Assembly: GCA_002699445.1 (NCBI GenBank)
Contig: PAAU01000041.1
Coordinates: 9,570-73,569, forward strand
Direction: 5' to 3'
DNA from: Micrococcales bacterium
GTDB lineage: Bacteria > Actinomycetota > Actinomycetes > S36-B12 > GCA-2699445
DNA length: 64,000 nt
The notes under the pieces were generated by a model that saw only the letters and a list, made by a program, of their open reading frames with translations, did no database searches and was not told where the DNA came from. This document shows positions 53,363 to 62,371 of this stretch, piece by piece. Every line of letters starts with the position of its first letter. Positions within the stretch are counted from its first letter, which is position 1. The translations under genes were made by a program, and so were the position numbers.

Positions 53363-55410
53363 CGGGACACCCCAGAAATCTTCGGGATTTCACTGGGAGG
53401 ACCAGATTTGGGGAATACAGCCTCAGTATCTACTCCAAAAATACTCTCGTAGATCCCTCGAGCCGCTGGCGCCGCATTTTCGCCACCGGTTCCTCCCTCG
53501 GTGATCATGACCACCACGACGTATTTTGGGTCAACCGCTGGGGCGAATGAGGCGAACCACGACGTTGATTGCTTTCCTTCCATCTGCGCCGATCCGGTCT
53601 TGCCCGCCACCGGATGCTTGGCTAGCGGAAATCCGGCAAAAGCGCCGACGGCAGTTCCTCGAGTAGGAACTCCAGTCATAGCCGAGCGTAGGAATCGAAG
53701 ATTCGATCTCGACACTTTCACTCGGCCTTGACCAACGGCCGGAATAGCGCGAATAGTGTCACCGTCGTTAGTAACTATGGCCTTCCCGACGGTAGGTGTG
53801 ACCAGTCGGCCACCATTGGCAATAGTGGCGTAGGCAGCCGCCATCTGGATTGGCGTAGTCGTCGTTAGCCCCTGTCCAATGGCTGCGTTGATTGCATCGC
53901 CCTGTCGCCATCGGTTACCTGTGCGGCAGTTTTCTCGAGCAATAGCTTTCAGGTATTTGGCTCGAGCGGGATTGCTGGCCTGCAGTTCTCCTAGGCTCGC
54001 TTTGGCATCGCTGCACCAGTTATCGCGCTGCTCCTGCCACAAGCCGTACTTGGCAGCAGGGCTGGCGACAAACCCACTGGCTTCGGCTGGCAGATCCACG
54101 CCCGTTGGGCTCCCGAAACCTAACTCCGCCGCAGCGTTAGCAACTGGGTCTATCTCGGTCTCAGCGACTCGTTCTCCGCCGCCGTCGCGCCACATGCGGT
54201 CAGCCGCCCGATAAAAAATGGTGTTGCAGGACACCTCCATGGCTCGACGCAACGAGATCATGCCGAATTCCTCGCTGTTGTAGTTGGTAAATGACCGTTG
54301 CCCCGCCTGATAGGAACCAGGACAGTCGTAGCCTCGCCGCAGAGAGAAGCCCTCGTCGGCCATCGCCAGCAACGTGACGGGTTTGAAAACTGAGCCTGGT
54401 GGGGCCTGACCCTGGATCGGGTAGTTGAGCAAGGCGCCCGACCGCGAAAGTGCCTCGTAGCGCTTTTGGGAAATTCCTCCGACCCAATCCCTCGGGTCGT
54501 AATCGGGTTGCGAAGACATCGCCAGCACACGACCTTCATTCGCGTCCAGCACCACTGCGGCCCCACGGGCCTTGGGACGACCTGCGCGAGCCAGCGCATC
54601 CGAGAGCTCACGCTCCACCCGTTGTTGGAGTTCCGCATTGACAGAGGTGATCAGGTTATGGCCAGGCACCGGGTCACTCGCTTGTTCTACTCCGGTGGCA
54701 TTACCTCGGGAATCGACCACCATAACCTTGCGTCCGGCAGTACCCCTCAACTCTGCGTCGTACTGTTGTTCCAAGCCACCACGACCCATGCGGTCAAACG
54801 ATGAAAGATCCTCCCCGCTGGCGGCCGCTTCCGCCAACTCTTCACCCGAAACCTCACCTAGATATCCCAAAAGTTGACCAGCTGTCAGTTCATCAAAGGG
54901 ATACGTGCGCCGAACGACCGACACGACCTCCAGAGCCGGGTACTCGCTAGGCGACTCGGCCACCGCCAGCAAGGCCTTCTCATCGGCTGCTTTGTGGGCA
55001 ACCACCACTGGGGCCACCGGATTGCCGTCGTCACACACCGGCCGGGGTGGGGCGTCTGGTTCGGCGCAGGAGATGAGGCGTTGTGATAGCTGCCGTTGAG
55101 TGAGACCCAAAGCTGTGGCTGCTACCTCTAACTGGGCGACCCCACCATCGGGTGACTCGTTTAATGCCTGACGATCAAGTGCCAACGCAGCCTCCGGACT
55201 ATTGCCCACCATGGGCCGCCCGGAGGAGTCCAGGATCAGACCCCGTGGCGCCGGGTCTGCCACTTCCCGGGTTCGATTACCTTCCGCGGCCTGAGCCAAG
55301 TCCGCACCTTGGATCACGGTTAACTGCACCGTTCGTAGCGCCAACGCGGTAAAAAGTGACACCAACAACACCCCAAGGATGACTAACCGTGTCGTTGTTC
55401 GAGTTGCCAC
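53359..55410 (-). CDS. mrdA: penicillin-binding protein 2 (elongasome transpeptidase)
   Basis: N-terminal TM anchor and a PBP dimerisation domain. The transpeptidase motifs are SVFK (SxxK), SCN (SxN) and KTG. GTG 55410 is preceded by GAGGTG and lies 4 nt after the mreD stop. The track uses TTG 55434. Confidence 0.9.
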   Translation of the reverse strand: MATRTTTRLVILGVLLVSLFTALALRTVQLTVIQGADLAQAAEGNRTREVADPAPRGLILDSSGRPMVGNSPEAALALDRQALNESPDGGVAQLEVAATALGLTQRQLSQRLISCAEPDAPPRPVCDDGNPVAPVVVAHKAADEKALLAVAESPSEYPALEVVSVVRRTYPFDELTAGQLLGYLGEVSGEELAEAAASGEDLSSFDRMGRGGLEQQYDAELRGTAGRKVMVVDSRGNATGVEQASDPVPGHNLITSVNAELQQRVERELSDALARAGRPKARGAAVVLDANEGRVLAMSSQPDYDPRDWVGGISQKRYEALSRSGALLNYPIQGQAPPGSVFKPVTLLAMADEGFSLRRGYDCPGSYQAGQRSFTNYNSEEFGMISLRRAMEVSCNTIFYRAADRMWRDGGGERVAETEIDPVANAAAELGFGSPTGVDLPAEASGFVASPAAKYGLWQEQRDNWCSDAKASLGELQASNPARAKYLKAIARENCRTGNRWRQGDAINAAIGQGLTTTTPIQMAAAYATIANGGRLVTPTVGKAIVTNDGDTIRAIPAVGQGRVKVSRSNLRFLRSAMTGVPTRGTAVGAFAGFPLAKHPVAGKTGSAQMEGKQSTSWFASFAPAVDPKYVVVVMITEGGTGGENAAPAARGIYESIFGVDTEAVFPKSGPPSEIPKISGVSR

Positions 55411-55414
55411 TGTC

Positions 55415-55951
55415 TCACCTCGCAGCCGAGGCAATTTTGGTTCGTCGTCGTCGACGGCCAGCTGGTTCCAATCGACGCAATGACCAGGTCACTGCGGGAA
55501 TTACTGCAGAGCCGATGAGCGTCGTGCCCAGGACAAACCACAGCAACCATGACCATGGAGCCACCGGATCGCCAAGGAGCCACAGTAGACCTTGACTAAT
55601 CAGCCATACCAATCCGGCCAGCGCACCGGTCAATCCTGCTAACTGAGCGGGAGCGAGTCCGCGTGGATCAGTCACTCGACCTGCGAGTGCGCCGACCATC
55701 AGCAGTACGAAAGCCGAGATTCCCAAAGTTGTCTGCGCAGGTGGCATGACGTCCAAAAGCAGTCCGGCAGTAAAACCGCTGGCGGCTCCTGCGGTGGTAC
55801 CGCCAGCCAAACCGATACCTATCACTACGACAAGAGCTAGCCCCAACGGCGGTCCGGGCAACGGCAGTCGAGCGGCGACTACGGCCTGCAGTATCACGGC
55901 AGAGCCGATCAGAAGAGCCATGACCAGGTATTGCCACTGTTTTGGAGTCAT
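55415..55951 (-). CDS. mreD: rod shape-determining protein MreD
   Basis: 178 aa with about 5 TM helices. It lies between mreC and pbp2, with an ATGA overlap with mreC. The call rests mainly on position and topology. Confidence 0.75.
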   Translation of the reverse strand: MTPKQWQYLVMALLIGSAVILQAVVAARLPLPGPPLGLALVVVIGIGLAGGTTAGAASGFTAGLLLDVMPPAQTTLGISAFVLLMVGALAGRVTDPRGLAPAQLAGLTGALAGLVWLISQGLLWLLGDPVAPWSWLLWFVLGTTLIGSAVIPAVTWSLRRLEPAGRRRRRTKIASAAR

Positions 55952-56829
55952 GGTTGTTGCCTGATCTCCCGAGCTCCATCGCCTTCTGGAAGAACCAAAA
56001 GCACTTCGTCTAAGGCGCTGAGATCTGTCTTGGGCTCAATAACGACAGCTCGATCTGGTGCACCGACCACACCGTTGATTTGGGTCACGTCTCCGACTAC
56101 CAGACCCGCGGGAAATGGCCGTCCATCCGGTGAGCCGACGGTTATGACACGCTGCCCCAACTCCACATCCACCAGCGGATCGAAGAGTTGCAGATCCAGC
56201 ACTTGCTGGTCGGTGCCGCCCACCGCGAGCGCTAACTCACGTGAACCCTGAAGCCGAACACCAACGCCGCTGTCGGGATCCGTCAAGAGTTGCACCGTGC
56301 TGCTGGTCCGACCGACTTCACTAACCCGCCCAACTAGTGCATTGCCAGCGAGTACTGCCGTATCCAGATCGACACCGTCATTACGACCAGCAGCTACTGT
56401 CACAGTCGTACGAGATAACAACGGTCCAGCGGCCACCACGGCGGCGGAGATCGTCTCCAGTTCAGTACCAGCCGGATCGACTGCTCTTCGATCAAGTTGT
56501 TCGCGCAGCTGATCGACTTGAAGTTGCAATTCAACTTCACGCTGCTGCGAGATAGTCAGATCGCGCTGTAGTTCCTCGGTATTTACTCGCTGATCCGGCA
56601 GAGTTGGTATCACCCCGAGGGCGCTATTTGCCCAGCTCTGCATGGGGCCCCCGACGGTCATTCCTGCCTGACGCAGATACCCCGTCACTCCTCCTTGCAG
56701 ATCTAGCAACATCAAAGACAACGCAACCAAACCCAGGATGAGAACTGGGATCGGCACCCGGGATCTGCGGCTGGGTTTACCGGCCGGCCTCCGCTGCTGC
56801 TTAGAATCGACGCGAGTTGTTACGGCCAC
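55948..56829 (-). CDS. mreC: rod shape-determining protein MreC
   Basis: 293 aa with an N-terminal TM anchor, a coiled-coil (ELQRDLTISQQREVELQLQVDQLREQL), and beta-barrel repeats (LVGRVSEV..., PAGLVVGDV). Confidence 0.85.
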   Translation of the reverse strand: MAVTTRVDSKQQRRPAGKPSRRSRVPIPVLILGLVALSLMLLDLQGGVTGYLRQAGMTVGGPMQSWANSALGVIPTLPDQRVNTEELQRDLTISQQREVELQLQVDQLREQLDRRAVDPAGTELETISAAVVAAGPLLSRTTVTVAAGRNDGVDLDTAVLAGNALVGRVSEVGRTSSTVQLLTDPDSGVGVRLQGSRELALAVGGTDQQVLDLQLFDPLVDVELGQRVITVGSPDGRPFPAGLVVGDVTQINGVVGAPDRAVVIEPKTDLSALDEVLLVLPEGDGAREIRQQP

Positions 56830-56832
56830 CCG

Positions 56833-57864
56833 CTACCTCCGGGGCCGATTCATGAGTAGTGGTTCCAACGCGGCGAAATCTTCTACGCAACGGCCGGCAC
56901 CTTGCACGACGCAATCCTGAGGATTCGGAGCTACCCGCACTGGCATACGAGTCTCGTGGTGAAGTCTTTCCGGCAGACCGGTCAACTGGGCACCGCCGCC
57001 GGTCAGGACGATACCCCGGTCCATCACATCGCCAGCTAGTTCGGGCGGGGTACGGTCCAAGGTCGTTCTGACCGCATCGATAATGTCTACGACTGGCCCA
57101 TCGAGCGCTTCCCGAACCTCGCGCGCACTCGAGACAACAGTTCGGGGAAGGCCACTGACAAGGTCGCGACCCCGAATCTCAGCGTCCGGCTCTTCCGGCG
57201 CCGGATATGCCGAACCGACAGTAGATTTCAGCCGCTCCGCAGTCCGCTCTCCCAGCAACAGTGAGTACTCCTTTTTGAAGTACTGAATGACGGCATCATC
57301 CATCGCATCACCACCCACCCGCAGAGACATACTGACCACCACGCCCCCGAGCGAGATCACGGCCACTTCGGTCGTTCCGCCACCAATATCAACGACCATG
57401 CTTCCAGCCGCCTCGTAAACGGGCAGACCAGCGCCGATAGCTGCTGCCATGGGCTCCTCAATGAGAAATACTCGGCGCGCGCCAGCCGCGTATCCTGCAT
57501 CCTCGACGGCTCGACGTTCAACCCCGGTTATCCCAGAAGGCACACAGACCACAATTCGTGGCTTTGCCAGGGCCCGTCGCGACTGAGCTTGCTGAATAAA
57601 CCGCCGCAGCATGTCCTCAGTAGCTTCGAAGTCAGCAATAACACCCTCAGACAGCGGACGAGTGACCTGGACTTCGCCCGGACTTCGACCGAGCATCTCT
57701 TTAGCTCGCACCCCCACGGCGATGACCGCACCAGATGATTCTTCGAGCGCCACAACGCTTGGCTCGTCGACAACGATGCCTCGACCTTTTACGTAGACAA
57801 GGGTATTTGCAGTACCAAGATCGACAGCCACGTCCCGACCCATAATGACGGTTTCGAATCCCAT
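56833..57864 (-). CDS. mreB: actin-like rod shape-determining protein MreB
   Basis: VAVDLGTANTLVY, DIGGGTTEVAV and VLTGGGAQL. The start is ambiguous among ATG 57864, ATG 57843 and GTG 57885. Confidence 0.93.
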   Translation of the reverse strand: MGFETVIMGRDVAVDLGTANTLVYVKGRGIVVDEPSVVALEESSGAVIAVGVRAKEMLGRSPGEVQVTRPLSEGVIADFEATEDMLRRFIQQAQSRRALAKPRIVVCVPSGITGVERRAVEDAGYAAGARRVFLIEEPMAAAIGAGLPVYEAAGSMVVDIGGGTTEVAVISLGGVVVSMSLRVGGDAMDDAVIQYFKKEYSLLLGERTAERLKSTVGSAYPAPEEPDAEIRGRDLVSGLPRTVVSSAREVREALDGPVVDIIDAVRTTLDRTPPELAGDVMDRGIVLTGGGAQLTGLPERLHHETRMPVRVAPNPQDCVVQGAGRCVEDFAALEPLLMNRPRR

Positions 57865-57902
57865 GGCTAACCCCAACCGCGCCACAACCGAGACGCATGC
57901 CC

Positions 57903-57926
57903 CCTGACAACACCCCTGTCGTCAGG
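57903..57926 (-). terminator. weak hairpin between ndk and mreB (possible terminator or mreB leader structure)
   Basis: CCTGAC-aACA-cccc-TGTc-GTCAGG forms 6 + 3 bp with one mismatch. It lies 63 nt after the ndk stop. No U-tract. Confidence 0.25.
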
Positions 57927-57988
57927 CCGCTACTGTACTTCGGTTCGCGACAATCTGGAAGGCAACGAGCCGAGATTCAGCAACCGAT

Positions 57989-58396
57989 TCACAGGTCTGG
58001 GAAGAAGATCCCTATCTCACGGGCAGCCGAAGCGGGCGAGTCGGACCCGTGGGCCACGTTAAATTGCATCTCAGTGGCTAAATCACCCCGGATGGTTCCC
58101 GGAGCCGCGTCTGCTGGGTTTGTGGCACCCATCATGGTCCGCCAGGAGGCTATCGCGGCTGGGCCTTCAATGACGCCAGCAACCAGGGGCCCAGAAGTGA
58201 TGAAATCTACTAGCTCAGCAAAGAACGGTTTGTCGCGATGCTCCGCGTAGTGTTCCCCAGCAACCTCAGCATCGATCGTGCGCAGATCCAGAGCGACCAG
58301 GGTAAACCCTTTACGTTCAATCCGGTTCAGAATATCCCCCACCAGACCCCGCGTGACCCCATCTGGCTTCACAAGTATCAATGTCCGTTCACTCAT
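57989..58396 (-). CDS. ndk: nucleoside-diphosphate kinase
   Basis: [14 protein letters not shown] and NVAHGSDS, which contains the active-site His. Confidence 0.95.
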   Translation of the reverse strand: MSERTLILVKPDGVTRGLVGDILNRIERKGFTLVALDLRTIDAEVAGEHYAEHRDKPFFAELVDFITSGPLVAGVIEGPAAIASWRTMMGATNPADAAPGTIRGDLATEMQFNVAHGSDSPASAAREIGIFFPDL

Positions 58397-58805
58397 GCTT
58401 TTCCTCCTCGGTAGCCGCAGCCGAACTATCCTGCTCAGCCATTGTGCCTGTCTGTGAATCGGCCGCCGCCTGGCCCTCTAGAGCCGCTCGCTGAGCCTTG
58501 ATGTCATCAACCCGTCGCCCCAACCGCACCGCAGCAAAATATAGCCCAGCAAAGATGAGTGCCAGGATGGCCAACATGGGAACGAAGATGCTCGATAGCA
58601 AGGCCACAACCTGCACAGCCCATCCCAGCCAGACTCCGACGGGGGTTTTCATCAACGCAACCGCAAGCACGATCAGGACCGAAGCAACTGCGAATGCCGT
58701 CCAGGCCCGGTCCTCCGAGACGGCGGAAACATTAATGGCCACCGGGATGGCCAGGGCGAGCACGAGCCACTCGAAGGCCAGCACTACTGATGTCAGAACT
58801 CTCAT
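58389..58805 (-). CDS. DUF4233-like small membrane protein
   Basis: It has about 4 TM helices and occupies the conserved folC-X-ndk slot. ATG 58805 is in an ATGA overlap with the folC stop. The track extends to 58838. Confidence 0.65.
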   Translation of the reverse strand: MRVLTSVVLAFEWLVLALAIPVAINVSAVSEDRAWTAFAVASVLIVLAVALMKTPVGVWLGWAVQVVALLSSIFVPMLAILALIFAGLYFAAVRLGRRVDDIKAQRAALEGQAAADSQTGTMAEQDSSAAATEEEKHE

Positions 58806-60154
58806 TCGCCGTCGCCCCCACGTCGCTGCGCCGCCCACTGCGAAGCGTCCGCAGCTGTCACGACGGAACCAGTGGCAAGGACCGCCCCGCCACGTTGTGA
58901 AGCGATATCGACTGCCTGCGACATTGCTTGGTCCAGATTTCCCACAACCTCTACCCGATCGGATCCGAAGGCTTCCGCTGCTACCTCACCCAAATATTCC
59001 GCTGCCACCGCACGAACCGAACTGTTTGTTGTGACGATTATCTGACTCGCGATCGGTTGCAAGTTAACGAGCATTCCCAACAGGTCCTTGTCACTCATGG
59101 CCGACATCACAACGACGAGGTGTTCAAAATGAAAGTGATCGGTTACTGCTGCCGCCAAGGCTCGCATAGCGGCGGGATTATGCGCCGCATCAACCAATAC
59201 CGTGGGCTGGCGTTGTATGACTTCCAACCGCCCCGGACTTGATACTTCGCCCAACGCGGCGACTAGGTCGGGACCCAACGGCGCGTCAGACACCAACAGC
59301 GCCTCCGCAGCTGCGATCGCGACGGCCGCGTTCTGGGCCTGATGCTCTCCAGCAAGCGGGAGGAAGATTTCGTCGTAGTCGCCTTCGGAACCCCGGATAT
59401 TCAGCAGTTGTCCGCCGACGGCTACCGACCGGGACTGAACTGCGAAGTCCTCCCCGTAACAGCGGGCTGTGGCACCCACCTCGGCGCAGCGCCGTTGTAG
59501 CAAGGCCATGATTTCGGGATGCTGTGGGCCCAAGATCGCGATCGAGCCGGCCTTGATAACCCCAGCTTTCTCATTGGCTATCTCTTCAAGCGTATGTCCC
59601 AAAAATTCGACGTGGTCGATATCAATTGGGGCAACTACGGCGACTCGACCGTTAGCCACGTTGGTTGCATCCCATCGGCCACCGAGACCGACTTCCAAAA
59701 CTGCAACCTCCACAGGAGCATCGGCAAAAGCGGCAAAAGCAATGCACGTCATTACTTCAAAAAACGTCAGACTAGGTCGGCCTTCGGCCGCCTCGGCGTC
59801 ATCAACCATCGCCAATAGCGGCCTTATCTCCTCATAAGTCTCGACAAATTTTTGATCTGACAGGTTGTCACCATCGACAGAAATTCGTTCGGTTGCCGAG
59901 TGCAAGTGCGGACTGGTGTACAACCCAGTGCGTACGCCAGATCCTCGCAACAGGCCTTCAATCAAGCGAGCCGTGGAAGTCTTGCCATTAGTACCCGCCA
60001 CATGAATGACGTGAAAGGACTCTTGGGGGTCCCCCATCAATCGCAGCACGGCCGCCACCCGACCGAGAGTCGGGACTGGCATAGTTTCGGGCTGCCTATC
60101 CAAGATCTCGTCCAGCACGTCGTCGAGATCGGGCAAATCAGGTTGAACCAGCAC
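58802..60154 (-). CDS. folC: bifunctional folylpolyglutamate synthase / dihydrofolate synthase
   Basis: Mur-ligase P-loop HVAGTNGKTST, and the LEVGLGGRWDATN block. GTG start at 60154. Confidence 0.9.
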   Translation of the reverse strand: MLVQPDLPDLDDVLDEILDRQPETMPVPTLGRVAAVLRLMGDPQESFHVIHVAGTNGKTSTARLIEGLLRGSGVRTGLYTSPHLHSATERISVDGDNLSDQKFVETYEEIRPLLAMVDDAEAAEGRPSLTFFEVMTCIAFAAFADAPVEVAVLEVGLGGRWDATNVANGRVAVVAPIDIDHVEFLGHTLEEIANEKAGVIKAGSIAILGPQHPEIMALLQRRCAEVGATARCYGEDFAVQSRSVAVGGQLLNIRGSEGDYDEIFLPLAGEHQAQNAAVAIAAAEALLVSDAPLGPDLVAALGEVSSPGRLEVIQRQPTVLVDAAHNPAAMRALAAAVTDHFHFEHLVVVMSAMSDKDLLGMLVNLQPIASQIIVTTNSSVRAVAAEYLGEVAAEAFGSDRVEVVGNLDQAMSQAVDIASQRGGAVLATGSVVTAADASQWAAQRRGGDGE

Positions 60155-60265
60155 CTACGCAGTCTATGCCAGCCTCCTCACAACTACCCAGCGCGACCAA
60201 ATCTCGAGAACTACTCGTCAGTCGGCCTGCGAACCGCAGTCGATCTGCTAGACCATTCGATAGTC

Positions 60266-62335
60266 ATGCAATATCTCCGCGCAGTTGGTCGCAACGTATT
60301 CGCCCTGGAACGGTGGCGGCTGCGCAGTTGGTCTGCGGCCCGTCGAGTCATAATCGTCATGACCGCATTGATACTTGGGTGGGCCTGGCTGGGTGCGGAA
60401 ACCGGGGCGTTAGCTGCCTCCACCGCCCTGTTCGTGGGACTCCAAGATCGTGCCACTGCGTTGCCAGCGGTCACTATTCGCATCATGACCCTGGAAAGTT
60501 TGGTACTCGCAGTTTTTGCCGCAATAGCCTGGCCCACTCTGGACACACCAATTCCAGGAGTTATGTTAGTTCTGCTCGCCTATGTCGCGGGATCGCTCGC
60601 AGGTCGCAAATCTGGACTAAGCAGGATGGCGGCGGACGTGATTACGGTTGAGGCCTTCTTGGGGGTTTCAGGTCCAGAGGTCAACTTCGAGCCGATAACT
60701 ATCGTATTCATGCTCGGGGCTGGACTGACGCAAACGTTGTTTACTTGGATTGCGTTGAACCTACAAAATGATCTTCCCGAACGTCGCCCGCTCGCTGAGG
60801 CCATGCGAATGGTCGCCGATCATTTATCGGATGCCCAACCTCGTGCTCTAAGTGGAACCGGCGAGTCCGCTCAGGCCGCACTCCTAGTGGCGGATGAGAC
60901 TTTAAGAAGAACTGACCTCAGTCGAGACCGACGATTGGAACTCGAGCAACTCGTCGTACATACCGAAGGAATCCGGCAAGAAGCATCTGCGATTCGCTCC
61001 CATCGTGCCCTTGGGACGGCCGCGCTGGACGGACATCGTCTGGATGACTCGATCACACTCGCAGTGGACTCGCTGAATTGCGTCGCCGACATGATTGGGT
61101 CTGAGGTTGCCTGGACCCCGATTGGAAAGATGGCAGGTCGTTTCATGGCCGACTTCGATTGGCTGGTGGCTAAGGCAAACTCCATAGCCGAGGATCCGAC
61201 TGCCTCAGCGGCCGCTAGAGGATTAGCTCAGGAGTCGCGACAACTCATCAGTCACGCGACCCGACTGCTCAAAGTCCGTCAGTCTCGCGAGCGTCAAAGA
61301 CACCAGTTAGTCAATAATGGAATCTCAGCTCTGCTGCATCCCACATCAACGGACAGGCGAAGTGGCTTCCGGTTGGCTATCGCCGCGGCACTGGGACTGA
61401 TCCTGGCCCTAGCGCTACAACTAGAACACGGGTACTGGATAGCAGCGACTGCAGTTGTCTTACTGCGGCCGGACGGTTCAGCGATAGTGACTCAGACGGC
61501 TGCTCGAGCCCTCGGCACCGCTGGTGCGGTGGCGTTAGTTCTCCCTGGGGTCATTCTCATTCAGAATCTGAACGACCCAAAGGCAACTGAGATTACGACG
61601 TTCGCCATTGTTGCCCTGGCAGCCATTGCCGCATTGGTCTTGGTTGAAGTGAATCAAGGTCTTTACGTCCTGGCGGTCGCCTTCTGGGTCATCCTTACCT
61701 CCTCACTACTCGGCCAATCACCTACAGCCGTTGCACTTGAGCGATTCGGCGATACCCTACTCGGCTGTACGTTGGCGATCTTGCTCGTCATGATCTTGCC
61801 GATGAGGTCGGTCTATACCCTCCGTGACGAATTGCAGAGGTACGCAGAAGCGTGTGCCGGCTGGTTGCATGCCGTTGCCGAGTTGGTTGCGGGTGAAACT
61901 AACACTGACACTGTGACCCTCCACCGCAAAATGCTGCGGATGCGCGTGCCGGTGCAACACCAGCTAGAAATCAGAGAACTGGAGCCTGTCGGTCCGGGTA
62001 TTTCCCGAACAGATGGCAAATCGATGTTTGATCTCATTCACCGAGTCGAAAGAGCGGCCGGTGCCGCCGAAGCCATGGTCAAACATGGGCGGCACCCGTC
62101 GGACGTGGGCAAGCTACTGGCCCAATACGCCGCATCGGAGATGGAACTCGCGGCAGCCCTCCTGGAGCGCGAGCCAGATCCCGATCTAGCAGTAGATCCC
62201 TCACGATCCCTCACCGACCGCCCTGACGGGCAACTTGGCGATCTCTTGCTGATCACCGCGCAGCAGTCACATGAAGCCGCCATCACGGCCGCGAAGATCT
62301 CCTTGCAAGACGTGGCGAAAACCGACGCGCAGTGA
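60266..62335 (+). CDS. FUSC / aromatic-acid-exporter-like membrane protein
   Basis: 689 aa counted from ATG 60266. The track ORF begins at 59900 inside folC on the opposite strand. Two TM clusters are separated by a long helical cytoplasmic region. The second cluster starts with HGYWIAATAVVLLRPD...TAARALGT, which is typical of FUSC_2. Confidence 0.65.
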   Translation: MQYLRAVGRNVFALERWRLRSWSAARRVIIVMTALILGWAWLGAETGALAASTALFVGLQDRATALPAVTIRIMTLESLVLAVFAAIAWPTLDTPIPGVMLVLLAYVAGSLAGRKSGLSRMAADVITVEAFLGVSGPEVNFEPITIVFMLGAGLTQTLFTWIALNLQNDLPERRPLAEAMRMVADHLSDAQPRALSGTGESAQAALLVADETLRRTDLSRDRRLELEQLVVHTEGIRQEASAIRSHRALGTAALDGHRLDDSITLAVDSLNCVADMIGSEVAWTPIGKMAGRFMADFDWLVAKANSIAEDPTASAAARGLAQESRQLISHATRLLKVRQSRERQRHQLVNNGISALLHPTSTDRRSGFRLAIAAALGLILALALQLEHGYWIAATAVVLLRPDGSAIVTQTAARALGTAGAVALVLPGVILIQNLNDPKATEITTFAIVALAAIAALVLVEVNQGLYVLAVAFWVILTSSLLGQSPTAVALERFGDTLLGCTLAILLVMILPMRSVYTLRDELQRYAEACAGWLHAVAELVAGETNTDTVTLHRKMLRMRVPVQHQLEIRELEPVGPGISRTDGKSMFDLIHRVERAAGAAEAMVKHGRHPSDVGKLLAQYAASEMELAAALLEREPDPDLAVDPSRSLTDRPDGQLGDLLLITAQQSHEAAITAAKISLQDVAKTDAQ

Positions 62336-62371
62336 GGGTATTCGAAGCCCGACAGCATAGAATCAGGTCTT

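Noticed and set aside
59900-60265. An 811-aa version of the FUSC-like ORF starting at 59900.
   Set aside because: Its first 122 codons overlap the folC coding region on the opposite strand and encode low-complexity sequence. ATG 60266 lies in the intergenic region and precedes the first TM helices.
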